A stretch of DNA of 63,452 nt, filler included, from Sphacelaria rigidula (GCA_964200075.2; 8 parts of 8 records of this genome joined end to end with filler, not necessarily neighbours in it); one strand, 5' to 3'. Numbered from the whole stretch's first letter, positions 1-12,987 are shown. The notes: a model not told the origin generated them from the letters alone. Translations and numbers: made by a program.

Positions 1-264
1 CATCACGAGTCAACTTATTATACTAAAACCAAGTAATTTCCTGACGAATCATTATTTGTCCTAACGGTGAAACAATTGGAGTGTTGCGTATTTTGTTGAC
101 GTGGACTGACCCTCAGAGGTGTCGTGAAAGACGCAAGTGGCGGCGAACACGACGAAGAGGTCGCACCAATCTCCGAAAGTATCGCCCGCTTGAGCCCCTC
201 CTTATGCCCTCTTCCGCCGGTCCCGTCGTGCTCTGCCCCTGATACCTTGAATCATGATGTGTAG

Positions 265-653
265 GGCGCCCCTGCATGGCAACGCGTGGGGTTTCACCTT
301 CGTGAAGGGGTTGCCTTCATGGAGAAGGTGTGCATGCTTGCCACCACAAATAAATCTTCCAACATTCAGCGGGCGCTTCGTCAAGAGCGCGAAAAATCAA
401 AGAGGCGATCGGAGAAGGTTGTTACGAACTTCTGGAAAGTGTATTCCGTCCAGACTTCGGGAAGAAATACACGGCCGACGAAAGCAGTGCCCATCACATT
501 AGGCTCGGGCGACTTCGACCCTGTCGACAAGGTTGACGGCATGGACCGTTTCGGGGATGCCTGGGGAAGCAGGGTCACCGTGCACCTGTGTCTAATCTGG
601 TTTGCGCACCTGTACGGTTTGCTTCGATGCCACCGTGGACACCGAACGGCCAG
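265..653 (+). CDS. Possible upstream exon of the USP gene
   Basis: TAG acceptor at 262-264, open frame (GAPAWQRVGFHLREGVAFMEKV...HRTA), and an AG|GTACGG donor at 653/654 whose phase 2 matches the exon starting at 883. No recognisable domain. Confidence 0.35.
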
Positions 654-882
654 GTACGGGAAGTTATATAGTGAGACGAGGAGTGATGGAGTAGCAGGTG
701 CGGAGCGAGTCCCAATCGGGACGACCAAACTCGCGCAGCTCCCCACACACCGCTCGTTCGTGGTACAATGTTTTGCCACTATTTCGACATGCATCTTCAT
801 GTCTGCACGCTTCATCGTAATATTCGCTCACTGCCCGTCGCAACCACCACCCCACGTGTTGGCCTCGTTCTGACTTTACCAG

Positions 883-3800
883 GGACGAAGGAGGGAAAAA
901 TAACGACAGCATCGTGTGCTATGCGGGTGCCGGTGTCCAGAGCTCGTCTCCGACCACATCGGCGTCCGACGTGACTGTTACTGCCCGTTCACGAGCGCAA
1001 CAAGTCCGTGGGAGCTTGACGGCCACGGCGCAGGCGGAGGCGGAGGCGGAGGCGGAGGCGGAGGCGAAGGCGGAGGCGGTGGCGAGCGTGGTGGTCGCTA
1101 CCGTGGTGGCGGCGTGGTGGCGGGCAAGCCGCGCCCGCAACAGCGTTGCGGCGGCGAAAGAGGCGGCGGCCAAGAAAGAGGAGAAGGAGACGCTGGCCGC
1201 TACCGTGGTGGCGGCGTGGTGGCGGGCAAGCCGCGCCCGCAACAGCGTTGCGGCGGCGAAAGAGGCGGCGGCCAAGAAAGAGGAAAAGGAGACGCTGGCC
1301 GCTACCGTGGTGGCGGCGTGGTGGCGGGCAAGCCGCGCCCGCAACAGCGTTGCGGCGGCGAAAGAGGCGGCGGCCAAGAAAGAGGAGAAGGAGAGGGTGG
1401 CGGCGGCCGCCCAGGCTGCGAAGCGAAAAGTCTTGACTCCCACGGGTCTGACAAATAAGAAAAATGACTGCTTTTTTAACGCTCTCATGCAAGCGCTACT
1501 GGGCTGCCAGCCCATGATTAGGTGAGCGGATTCGATGCGGTGGTGCCGCGAGACGCGTTAGTGTGACACTGTACTGCCGTGGTTGTGAACTCGGTTCGAT
1601 GGAGCTACACCAGGTATTCAGTGCATCGACAGGGTTGTTTGTCCTTGACTTGAGTACTTTCGGCTTCCCGGTGATGAGCAGACTATATGCTTTGCTTTTT
1701 GTAACAACCGAGATCCTTGTATCTGGGCGTTGTCCTGCAGCTAATATTGGCGCCTACTCTGACTCAAAACCGCTCTTCATCACAGCAGTCCCCGTTCCGC
1801 TGCCCCGTCCCTCGTCGCGTACGAAAACGCAAACATACAGCCTCATCGACGCAGCTGAGCCCGCATTGAGGCAGTGCAAAGAAGTCGACACGAGGCTGCC
1901 GTTGATGTCGTGTCTTCGAAGATTGCTCCAATCCTATCGCGAAGGAACCGACGAGCGGTCGGCCGATAGCAAGCGCGTAATCAATGCGGCACAGGTGGTA
2001 CGTTATTGATTGGCTTTGTGTGTTGGTTTCGGGGCTGTGTGTGTGTCTGCATAGCAGCAGTAGCGGTAACTATAGCACAAGTAATGTCAATGGAGTTGAT
2101 TTTCGTTGTTGAATGGTGGATTAATGATCCGGCTTTTACTTTTGTGTCAAATCGCACAAAAACCAAAAGTTGTCAACTCGTCATGGTGAGTTTTCCCCCT
2201 CCGCCCCCACCCGCCCAGTCCATTGCGGCTACACTTTCCGTACGCACTCATGTCGTGGATCCACGTCGAGTCTTGCATGGCAGCCTCTTTGTTCGGTAGT
2301 ACAGGTATCGAGCCACGTAAGAGAGCGTCAGGTCGACGTGCACTGACGTACCTTTCGCTTGTTGTACCGCTGCGCTGGCAGGCTTTCAAGCCTCTCTTAG
2401 TGCGCTTCAGGGCGTCCCTTCCGAGGGACATGAATGGGCAGCTGAGGCTCGACTGCCAAGAGGACCCGGAGGAACTCTTGAGCTACCTGCTCGATAAGGT
2501 ACGATCCCTTGAAGGAAACAGCAGATGACACCGTTCACGTGCACGTGATGAGGTAGAACCAGAATTAGCAACTAGCCTGCAAGCGCCGCCTGCCCGGTTT
2601 CACAGAGTGCGCGGGCCGCCAAGTTTGAACGGGTGATTACCTGTATCCGACAGCACCATCATTTTCTACTCCCCGCCCCCGCTTGCCGTAATCCCGAAAA
2701 CACACTCCGCAAGGCGACGGAAGAAGTCGTCGATATCGACCTAACCGAGGCCTGCTCGCCGACAAAGGCAGTGCTGAACAACATCGCGGAAACCTACACC
2801 GCGCACGTCAACGGAATGCCTCGCGTGAGGAGGCGGTCAGCGGTAAGTTAAGGGCATCTCACGCCGTGAGTCTCACTCCAAGTCATGGAGGGTAGCAGGA
2901 CGTGCCGGAAATATGGCGATCGTACACGTGGGCAGGCATGATGGATTGCGCAAAATGCTCTTGCTTCTCGCGGCCGACGCGGGTTTGCTCTGTAGCTTCC
3001 TGAGTTTGTACTGTATGTATGAAGCACGGTACAAGCACGTGTCCGCAAACTCTCTGCCCCGCAGACCATCGATCGCCGTGGGATCATGAAGTCGTCCCCC
3101 TCGCTCGTTGCCCGCGTTTTCGCTGAAGCGGTAAGTTGGCTACCGACCGAAGCTGCGATTGTGCTCTTATCATGCATCTGCTGCCGTGTACTCACTCGTG
3201 TTGGGTAATTCCGGGTTCCCTGGGTCACTGAATCAGTACATGGACTGGGATTGTCCATGGCTGCCGTCTTATCTTTCTATTCTGTGCTTAACTGCCGTTT
3301 ACCGTTTGCCGATGGCAATTTGTTTCAGCTCGAGGGATTGTTCTCAGGCAAACTTTTGCAGACGATCAAGAAGACGCGGGGAGACCGGTCCACGGAGACC
3401 CATTGCGTGGAGGATCTCGGCACTGTTCACGTGGGTTGTTGTTTCGTGTGTTGAGTGTGGCACCACGCACCTCTGGACACTCGGGCAGTACGCGTCTGGG
3501 ACGTACGATATATACTCTAGTACTAAGGCACCGGGAGTCGGAAGTGTTCGTTCGTGTTGTGCCGCGCATGTAATCTGTTCGGGAAACATGTGTTGGACTG
3601 TTTTGTTTGATGCGCATTGACTGACCTCCGAGGGGTCCATCAGTGGTCATTATCCACAAGATAGACGTACCCAAGGTAAACGAAATAGAAACGCTCGCCA
3701 AAGGAAACTCGATAAAGGCAGATAACAAAAATAAAGGAAATGAAACAAGGAGAGTAGACTGATCAAGAACCAGCGACAAACGAGGCAGAAAAAAAGGGAA

Positions 3801-6394
3801 GGGGCGGGGCGGAAAGGAGACTTACAACACTGATCACCGGTCCCAATGAAAATAGTAAAACTGACAACAAGTGTCGCCCGAAAACCGCACCCTGTACGTA
3901 TGGGATAACTTCCTCGTGCAGCTACCTCGTGATGTGATGGAACTGGCTCTTTTGCGAAGGGGCGTAGGCAGATGGAGTGCGGTAGAGCTGTGCTCCGATT
4001 ATGTTCGTTTTTGACGCTGAAGTTGCCCTGCTGGGAAGGTCGGCGTTCAAACCTCTCTCTGCGCACGGGCGAAAGGATTCGTCGACCGTCCACCTCCTCG
4101 CTGTCCCCTTTCCCATCTGCATTTCACTCGAACAGGCGTTCCTCAACAACGGGCAGCAGCACGGCGCAAAGAGACGCCGAGGCGGGCGGGGGGGGAAGCG
4201 CGGGAGCGGAAAAGGGCGCAACGGTGCCGAGGAGAAGGGAGTGAAGCCCACCCCGATTCTGCAAGGCCTCGGCGGCTTCTTCATGGCCGAGAAACTGGAA
4301 GGTGTCAAGGACGGCATCGGCCAAGTAAGGCGACACGTCGGATTTTATTCGTAATGAGAATTGTCCACGATCAGGCACCAACTCGTTTTTGTTGAGCGCG
4401 GGTCCACGTATGCTTCGAGATAGATGTATTCATCTCGGCCCCCGTCCTAGGACCAACGCATCCAGCGCTGCGTCTCGATTGAAGCTGCGTCCGTCACCGG
4501 AGAAGCGGCTTCATGCCATGCGTAAAGCTGAGTCCTGTCATTCATTTTGTGCTTCAGAATGCTTCAAAATCGTTGGCCAAAAGCTCTTTACCTCGTTTGA
4601 AACACTCGGAGCACATTCGCAACACACTACGTGCCTCCTACGTTTTGTCGTTGCTCTACCACCACCCCATGTTTTGACCGTGAGGTCATATTTGGCAACT
4701 ACACCAACGTGAAATGTTTGTAAACAGCACCCGACCCCCGCCTATCCTGACGTCTGCGACACATCAAGGTGGAGGCCAGCAAGCGAGTATCCCTGCACGA
4801 GGCGCCCCCCATGATGGCTGTACAGGCTAAGCAGTTCGGAATGTACGATTTCGGGAAGGGAGTTCCCGGGAAGCTCGAGGGTCGCTTGAGGTATACCCCG
4901 AGCAGATACGAGTATCGGCGGTGCAGGGTAGTGTGTGGTGTGCTTCGAGCAAAACCTGCGTAGTTTTCGGCGCGTTATAGTTTCATGTATGAACGCATAG
5001 GGACGTGGCGGTCAGTGTTATCACTGTCTGAAACGGATCCCATGTTTCTCAAGCTGCACGTAGGGAAGGAAGCCATGCTCCTATCCCTGGCAATCGTCAG
5101 GTGTGTACCCGACTGACCACAGCTTGTGACGGGTGCACAGGTCGATCATGCGAATCATGCGTGTGTTGGTGTCCGAATCTACGAGCTAGATCCCCTCCGT
5201 GGCCTTGAAACGTTCACGGGATCTGGTGCGCCTTGTTTTTGAGCAAGACTGAGGACGTTTCTAGGAGTACAAGATGTGGCCCGTGCTGTTGTATTGTGAG
5301 GCGAGTAGACTTCCGAACCTTTATGCCCGTGGACAGATGAACGTGCAGATGTTGACCGGTTCAGTACATATATATGTTCTCCCGGCTGTTTATCCTCTTA
5401 TCGCCAGCTTCCAGCGAGTACTCACACTGCCGCGGAAAATGCTATCACAAGCCCTCGACGAGGAGTGCGGCAGAAGGGGCGTGAAGTACCGCCTGTGTGC
5501 TGTGGGTGAGTTGTGTTGGGGGCGTGTATTTGCGTTGGACAGCGCACCACCCAGTAACTTACGGTCTGGCACCACACTGAGCGCTGGAGATCAATAAGAA
5601 TCAGAATTCTAACGTTGAAATCTCTGCACACCAATCGACAGTAGCCTTGTGCAGGTGACTGGCACACACAAACGGACATGTCTCTCGATGTGCCTGGACG
5701 GTTCACCTACCCTCGTATCGTTTGGACCTACCTCAAGCTTGACCCACATGCACACTCGCCCTCGGCGGCGCCTTGCTGTGCATCAATATTCGTTCGTACG
5801 CATGAATGTCTTCGCATTGCTTTGGCTGGAAGATATAGCATAGTTTGTCGAGGTTGGCACGTCTACTGTGCAACATGCTTGGAAACAACTACTGCAATAG
5901 TCACACGTCTACCCTCCATATATTCGTCTCCGTAGTCTAGTTTTGGCTCCACCTTTCGAGGCATTGAAGACCGGGTGTCCAAATCTTCTTCTCGTCCGAT
6001 CTGTTTCTCCGTAGTTTGTTCACCCATGTTGCTGTGTGTCCGATCTCCGCTTCGCTATGTCGGTGCCGACGGCGAACCCTCCCGACGTTATTCGGTAAAC
6101 CGCACGGGAGACAGCTTACCCAGCTCGTGCAAGTACTGCACCCAATCGGGTCTCGATGCCTAAGCCCCCACTCCCCCTCTCACCTCTCCGTCCGTTGCTA
6201 CTGTTTGTAACCATTTATCGTCAGTGATGCACCGTGGCCCCTCCCTCCACTCGGGCCACTACACGTCGATCGTCCGTGACCCCACGGGCCAGTGGCGGAG
6301 GTTCGATGATGAACGCATAGAAAAAGTCACCGAAAAGGACATGTTGGGAAACCCCGACAACACGCCCTACCTGCTGTTCTACGAACGTGCATAG
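883..6394 (+). CDS. Ubiquitin-specific protease (peptidase C19), divergent USP10/Ubp3/UBP24-like; 5'-partial, 10 exons
   Basis: Hand-spliced exons with GT-AG boundaries and consistent phases: 883-1521, 1841-1997 (or 1994), 2382-2498, 2714-2842, 3065-3130, 3329-3430, 4136-4324, 4769-4890, 5408-5505, 6225-6394 (TAG). Motifs: Cys box PTGLTNKKNDCFFNALMQALLGCQPM, QEDPEELLSYLLDK, LFSGKLLQTI, EASKRVSLHEAPPMMAVQAKQF, YRLCAVVMHRGPSLHSGHY (His box), WRRFDD, PYLLFYER. The absence of finger-domain CxxC pairs and the box wording resemble the USP10/Ubp3 group (subfamily from recall, not from a search). Confidence 0.93.
1097..1393 (+). repeat. Coding tandem repeat, 3 x 102 bp (34 aa, IQ-like motif + charged helix)
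   Basis: Units start at 1097, 1199 and 1301 and encode ATVVAAWWRASRARNSVAAAKEAAAKKEEKETLA. They are nearly identical at DNA level and are preceded by a (GAGGCG)n tract at about 1032-1079. Confidence 0.97.
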
Positions 6395-7845
6395 ATGCGC
6401 GCCGACGGACGGCTGGGGATCGATGTGTGGCTTCGATGGGCCATGAAAAGGCAGGGAGGGGGGGTGGTTTTGACAGTAATCAAGTGTCCAGTCTACGACG
6501 ACCGTCTCCACGACGAAAGGATCACAAAAGGGAGGGTGGACAGGGTGGAGGGCACGATACGTTTGTACAGTGCACGTATGCGCACGCAATCTTGTTTTTT
6601 TCCTGGCTTTGCGTGATGACGGTTGTGTTAAGGGTTTCTTCTGATCCTTACGATGCCGGGAGAGGGGTGCGAGAGCGAGGGAGTAGCGATTTTGCTCGGT
6701 TGCTGGCACTGGTCATGAGCGTTGAGGCTGCGGCGCTCTCCACGCTGTATCTGCCGCTCTCTTCACGAGCGCACAGGGGCGGAGGGAAGAGGGGTTGTGT
6801 CGCTTTTTTTTCGTGCTTTCACGACACTGAAATGAGACTGGTTGTGTTTTGTCCGAATCTGGAGAGGACATAGGGATTGCGAGAGGTAGGGGGCACCGAA
6901 CTCTCTCAGTTGTGCCCATCGGTCACGAGCGTCGAGGTTGCCACGCCTTCCCCAGTTTCGTGTTAGTCCATCACAGAATAGACAGGAGCAGACCTGCGAT
7001 CGTTGTTTGTCCCTGTCCTCCATCCCGCGTGACGGCAGCCTGAAGGCCTGTCTCCGATTTTGTCTCAGCGAGTGCCAAAACCGGGGGGGAGTGCGGGTGT
7101 ACATATTTTTTGTCCTAGCCGGCGTCAAGCAGGCGTGCACGCTGCAACACGGTCCTTCGATCTCTCACGAGCGTTTTTTCCCTCAGGCGACGAAGAGGGT
7201 GGGAAGCAGGGGCTGAGGCGGACGGGTTTGTACGATGTACAGGGGGGACACGGGTATGCGTTCAACGGGGTCCCGTCGACCTTTGTATATATGTATATAT
7301 ACATATAACTGTGTGTGTGAGAGAGGGACGTACCCACTACAGCGGGCAGGTGGCAATAGGAGATGTAGTGAGTTTGAGTCTCACGCTGCCTGCTCCACTC
7401 GCATTCATTCAGAGGGCTGTAGCTAGCGTCTATCCTGGCGTGCTTGCTTTTGTTTTTGAGCTGCACGCTCCGAGTTAGAATCGGAACATGGGCCACATTC
7501 GTGGCGGTGTGATGGGTATGGATAGGAGGAGTTTGTCCTGCTAGGCTTGTCATACCTACTATGATGACGTGCCAAGGCCGAAACAAAAGCTAAGAGTGGC
7601 ACAGTATTGCGGGTGGGAAGCGTCGAGGCACCTGCGAGGTGGAGCAGTAGCTTCGGGCACGCATTTACTTGTAGTAGAGGTTTGCCAAGGGCTTGGACAA
7701 AGAGGGTCAATGGAGTCGGGCGTCACTTATCGAAGAACTGTACTTGTGGATTATTGGAGTGGCAATTCCAAATACTGAAGAGTCATCCTACGATAGGGGG
7801 GGGGGTATATTTGGCCATTTGTTGCTCGAAATTTCGAGTCAGATC

Positions 7846-7945
7846 NNNNNNNNNNNNNNNNNNNNNNNNNNNNNNNNNNNNNNNNNNNNTTAATTAATTA
7901 ANNNNNNNNNNNNNNNNNNNNNNNNNNNNNNNNNNNNNNNNNNNN
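7846..7945. other. Artificial contig spacer N44-TTAATTAATTAA-N44
   Basis: Identical 100-nt spacers at 7846-7945, 15791-15890, 23735-23834, 31679-31778, 39623-39722, 47567-47666 and 55510-55609. The contigs between them are 7845, 7845, 7844, 7844, 7844, 7844, 7843 and 7843 bp, i.e. sorted by length. Confidence 0.99.
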
Positions 7946-10900
7946 TTTGTAGGGATGCGAGGTCAATGTTCTGATGACTATGGCATGCATGATCATGAGT
8001 ACACCCCCCCCCCAAAAAAAAAATCGGCATGACTGAATCTTGATCAGATTCGGCACATCCATGTTCGCAGAGGCAGGCTATTCGTTTTTTTCCCCCGTGC
8101 AGTTGTCTTTTTTTTGTTTGTCTGTTTGTGTTTTGTAGTGTATTCGTTGTATCTTGTCCAGCTCTCGTTTTTCTCATTTAACTCAGCCAGTGTTTCCTTC
8201 TCATCTTTATTTCGGGTGCGTCCATCATGTGACCATGGCTAGATACCTGGAAGGGTCAGTTAAAGCCCGACAATTAATGTTTAAAATCTAGTCAAATTCG
8301 ACAACTTCTGATCGTATTCCATTTCCCTTCCCTTTGGCTGCGAGCGTACTACATCTGGACCATGCATACTTTTTTCCAAGTGAAATTGAAGCCAAGTCAG
8401 CAGATGGACCCATGCTCGCCGTCATAGGGTTGAAAACGTCGGAACGTAATCCCCGGGGCGTTCAGAAGGTTAACGGAGAAAGGATAATAACGTCCTGTAA
8501 CTGGTGAACGGCTGCATGTAACTTCCCAGATGACCATCGCCTGGCAACCGTTTAACCGTCTACTGTGAATACTGGCTCACAGAGAATGAACCGGAACAGT
8601 TCAAGTCGGGTACACATCGCGCGGCGTACCACAAACCGGTAGGGGCGATGCCACTTGGACTAAAGTGATGGTGAAGTTCTGGGAACAGTACGTGCACAGG
8701 AGTCTGAAAATAGAGTAGTGCAGCACGGCCATCTCCAGTGTAGCAGTCGTGTTTATTATTTTTCATCCTATTAATGGTCTATATACTTATTTGTCACACT
8801 TTGTTCGGGACGAGTCTGTGGTCTCAGGGGATCAACCCATCTCTCCCCGGCCGTGTGTTTAGATGTTAACCTTTATGGAGCTCACGATGGAAAATTGATC
8901 ATTTTCAATTGACGGTTTTTGAGCGAAGTATGGTTGATGGTTCACAGCTTCGACGCAACAATTCTGGCCCAACGCGTGTTATTCAGACCCGTACGAGTGA
9001 CGAGTGGAACAAGAGAAGGTTTTCTAGTTTCTTGCTGCAACCCGTCGGCGTTTTTTTTTACACTCATGAGCTCCTTCCACGGCCACCGTGAGCGGCAGGC
9101 CTGTGTGAAGCATGCTTCCGGCCTGACCTGCACGCCCTGCCCGCTGCGGTTTATACTCTTTGCAGTATCATAGCAACAAGGGCAACGCCGATGGCACATT
9201 CGCTATATTTATGAACTGGCGGTGTTATACAATCCCAGGCAGTCACCTTTCCGTGCCGCCGGGGGTGCAGCGATACTGCCCTGTACAGTACTGGGTGTGT
9301 TTACAGCAGTTTGGGGGTAATCTCGACTGCAGACTCACGTCATGCACAACATCGCGCTCATGCACATTCCGACAGCACCATCCCGCCGTTTGAAAAATGC
9401 GTAAAGGCGACGCAGACGCCATGTGCCCTGCAGTTATGCACCGTCACTGTGGTGTAGAGTCTGCCAAGTGCCGTCGCCCCAGGGGTGATGCCTCACTGCT
9501 TCGTGTCATGTCTGTATTATATTTTGAAAATATCCCTGTAAAACCCGAGGTATGCACAGAACTGCGCTCTGCTAAGTATGTGCCGACAACATCATACTGC
9601 GGGTTGACTTATCACACAACGGCGTAGTGAAAGGCATAGTTGTTGCCCCACCACATCTATACCGCGGGTTCATCGTTCCCGACAGTTGCACAGACATACT
9701 TTATGCTGCATGAGATTCATGACGCCGTCTACCGCTATCGTCTCGTGCCGTCTACTCTTGTGGCCGACTTTTCACGACATGCTCATGTTTATCTTGCACG
9801 GAATGTAGCCGCAAGTCAATACTGTAACTTCCTGTATTTACTGACTGTAGTGTTTTTCATCTGGCCTGACTACGGTAGGCGGTGCCCGTTGGCTCCCGCC
9901 CGTGTACATGTATATCGCCTGTTCGGACGCCTGCGATTACGCCCGCCATGTACCGCCCGCACAGCCCACTGTGCCTTCCATATGTGGTGACGGGATTTCG
10001 ATGGGTTCAGCCATACTATGCTGCAGCCCGTCAAAGCGGTGCTTTCCCTATCTACAAATGCTAATATACAAACGTGCCAGGTTGGACTCTGGAGCCCATT
10101 GTTATTTTTTGAATGGAATGTTTCACAGTGGTTTTGCTAATTATTGTCGATGGATATAATTGGACACACTTCATCCGTTGAGTCGTTTGATTGGACAAAC
10201 CTTACCCAAATTCTCAAGGGAGGACATTCTTCTTCGGTTTTTCATTATCAAAATGGTTGCCGTCGGCCAACTCTGTTTCCATGTTTTCCTCTTCGTCAGG
10301 GCTTCTCATAACAAGGCGTTTGGCCAGGGGACAGGAGGGGAGGGTTCCAAAAGGGTTAATATCGTAGTCAACATTGTTCCATTTTCAGTGAAAAACAACA
10401 ATAAGGTGGTTGCGTGCCATGTATGCCGAGAGTCTGCTTTAGTCGTAAGCAAATGTCGAAGACATGGGGCACATCTCTCTCACGGGTGGTGCGGCGATTA
10501 CTGCTGTACTAGTGAGAGTGTGTTATGGTAATACAGACAAAATGCTCAGGTGAAGAGATTACGGTGTTCGGACGAAGTACGTGACAGGTAACAGGTAAAC
10601 ATGTCTAAAAATTAAACGAAGGATACTCCCCAGTCCGACCAGGTGTTGACCCTTGGACAGCGAGAGTAGGTCATCTGTTGAATCGGCATCAATTTCAATT
10701 GAAAACAGTGAGCACGACTCGGATAGACTACCCTCGCTGTCAAAGGGTTAAGAATGAACTGACAATTTGGGGAGTTTCGAAAATTGATCGCGAAAGTGAC
10801 GTTCAGACCGAAGTTTTCCCACTCCGACCAATTTGGCCGCTTCTGGTGGGATTTGACAAAAAAAAAATCCCAGAAGAGCGTATTTGGGCGATTCCGGACC

Positions 10901-12795
10901 GATTTTCGGGGGAATACGGGGTTACCTTAGCAGATTGTGCTACCTCGGAAAGACTCCTGGTACTCTCCGACATGATTCCAGCGCATTTTTCCGATCGTTC
11001 ATGCTCCCGGTTTGACTTTCGGCCAGCGGACGAAATGGTTTCTTGAACAATTCAACCAAAGAAAAACACGGACTGTTTGATACATCATATGTCCGACCAA
11101 AAGTAATACTCTGAGAAAGCTAAAGAAAAACGCGTTTGGGGGTGTGAGGGCGGGTGTGAGGGGGGAGGGGGGGGAGGGTACTCATTTGTTGCTTACATTA
11201 GACGTTTGACCATTGACCACGTGTCTCTTTCGAGATGGAGAGGGGGGGGGAGGGGGGCGGAGGCGAGGGGATGGGAGTCGTTCAAGAAATCACGTGTTTG
11301 ACCGAAAAGTAAAACTGGGGGCATGAAAAAACAGAAAATTGAGCTAGAATACGCTGAGCCCATCACCGTACTGCACACAAATGACTACTGCCATGCGCTC
11401 GTGTAGAAGATCTGGCTGTTTCCTAGGGCGCCGCGGCGATGTTGCACCGCGCTGAGATGGGATTCGGTACATTGCAAAGGGTTTGTCACGAAGCTGTTGC
11501 GTTGTCCGTTCATCTGAACAACAATGGGAAAAGGACACAAGAAGTCTCCGGTACTATCTCATCGTTCAGTGCCGTGATGTGCCGGCGTGCATTTGTGCGA
11601 TGGCACGGCGCCGACTGCAACGCGACCTCCGTTCGGTTAGTTGCATACTGGGACAGTTTTATGGCGCCTACAAACGCCAAAGCTATCCCGTGCGCCTGCG
11701 CTGGAGGTGGAGACAAACAAAATCCATTACAGGAGTCTCTGAGAAATCGGTTGAGAAAAAACACATTCAGGACTTCATCCATGTCATAAGTACACGATCT
11801 CTGCACGTGTTGCCACGTGTTGACAGCTGCGGGAGTGCAGACCAAACCGCAGATCGAAATGGAACATCAACCTAGGTGAACAGCATGCCTGCATTGTCAC
11901 GGCTTCAATATTCAGGGGAGGGCTGCAAAAACGCGACGTTTGTAGCACCAGAGTACACCAAGCTCAGCCCTGTGGGAGAAGAACCCCTTGTACAGCCGTA
12001 CGTGCTGCTGTGTGCGGTGTCCCATCTTCTGAGGCAGCGCACAAAACTGTAGAGTGCGGACGATACCTACCGTGCTCTTGGATTGTCTGTTGTTGCAAAA
12101 AAGTATACACACCGTTTTGCACCAGTACACCACACGTATTTCCATAAGACACAGCCCATGAAACATCCATCTCCGTCATGAAACATCGATTCGCAGACCC
12201 CGACACACGGAAACAACCAAGGTGTGCCCAAACAGGTATAGCAATATGTAGCGTTGAAAGTACGGCCAGACAACAGAGCATAGGTGTGCGTTCATGCCAT
12301 GGCATCTCCGAAACATTTATACATCGCAGCACATTCCACTGTCTCTCCGGGTACCAAGCGGGCATGTAAAAGGAACCGTACATGAGCGGTGGATCCCCGT
12401 CACCGGAGGTTGATCACAAAACTCATCAAAATGATACCAATACCTCTCGACAAGTCCGACTCTACTGGCGAAAGTACGTGCAACATATAGGAAAGATAAT
12501 GCGGGAATCTGTAGGTTGACTCTTTCATCCTCGCCAGAGTGTCCTACTTGTCGAGATCACCACGAGACTCGCGGTTCGGCAGAGCTTCGCGACACTCGCT
12601 CTCTTTTGTGTTGCTCTGCTACCCGCTGCTCGATCAAGCACCAAGCATTTTGTGCTGAATAATACCAAATACTGCTGTGCTGTTGCATGGTACTCCATCA
12701 GTATCGTATAATAGAACATTAAACGGAGCCGCTCAAAACATGCACCTCGTTCCCCACCGCACACAAGGCAAACACGGGAACACAACAAGACTCAC

Positions 12796-12987
12796 GTCAC
12801 CGATACGTCCACATCCGATCACGCCCACCCCAAGTGGCTCCTCTCCCATGCGCAGAGAAGCCACGGCTTGGGTAGAAGTCGAAGTAGCAGCTCCAGAACT
12901 TGCGGACAACCTCACTGAATTGGGCACGACAAACGCGTTGGTGGCTTGGGCCATACAGGCCGCAGCCACAATCCACAATCGCAGCAT
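12796..12987 (-). CDS. First exon of a plastid-targeted Gfo/Idh/MocA oxidoreductase (myo-inositol 2-dehydrogenase-like)
   Basis: ATG at 12987. MLRLWIVAAACMAQATNA-FVVP is a signal peptide with an AF cleavage motif, followed by a Ser/Thr/Ala-rich transit peptide ending LRM and the Rossmann motif GVGVIGCGRIGD. Phase-0 donor GAC|GTGAGT at 12796/12795. No downstream exons were found in this contig. Confidence 0.85.

Noticed and set aside
916..1515. Overlapping Gly-rich, Arg-rich and antisense ORFs (916-1458, 919-1515, 989-1492, 1146-1436)
   Set aside because: Shadow frames of the GC-rich repeat in the USP exon. Only the 914 frame leads into the Cys box.
10206..10309. Minus-strand acidic frame MRSPDEEENMETELADGNHFDNEKPKKNVLP near a GTAAGG donor, considered as a further exon
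   Set aside because: An in-frame TGA occurs before the donor, and there is no similarity to the expected continuation of the dehydrogenase.
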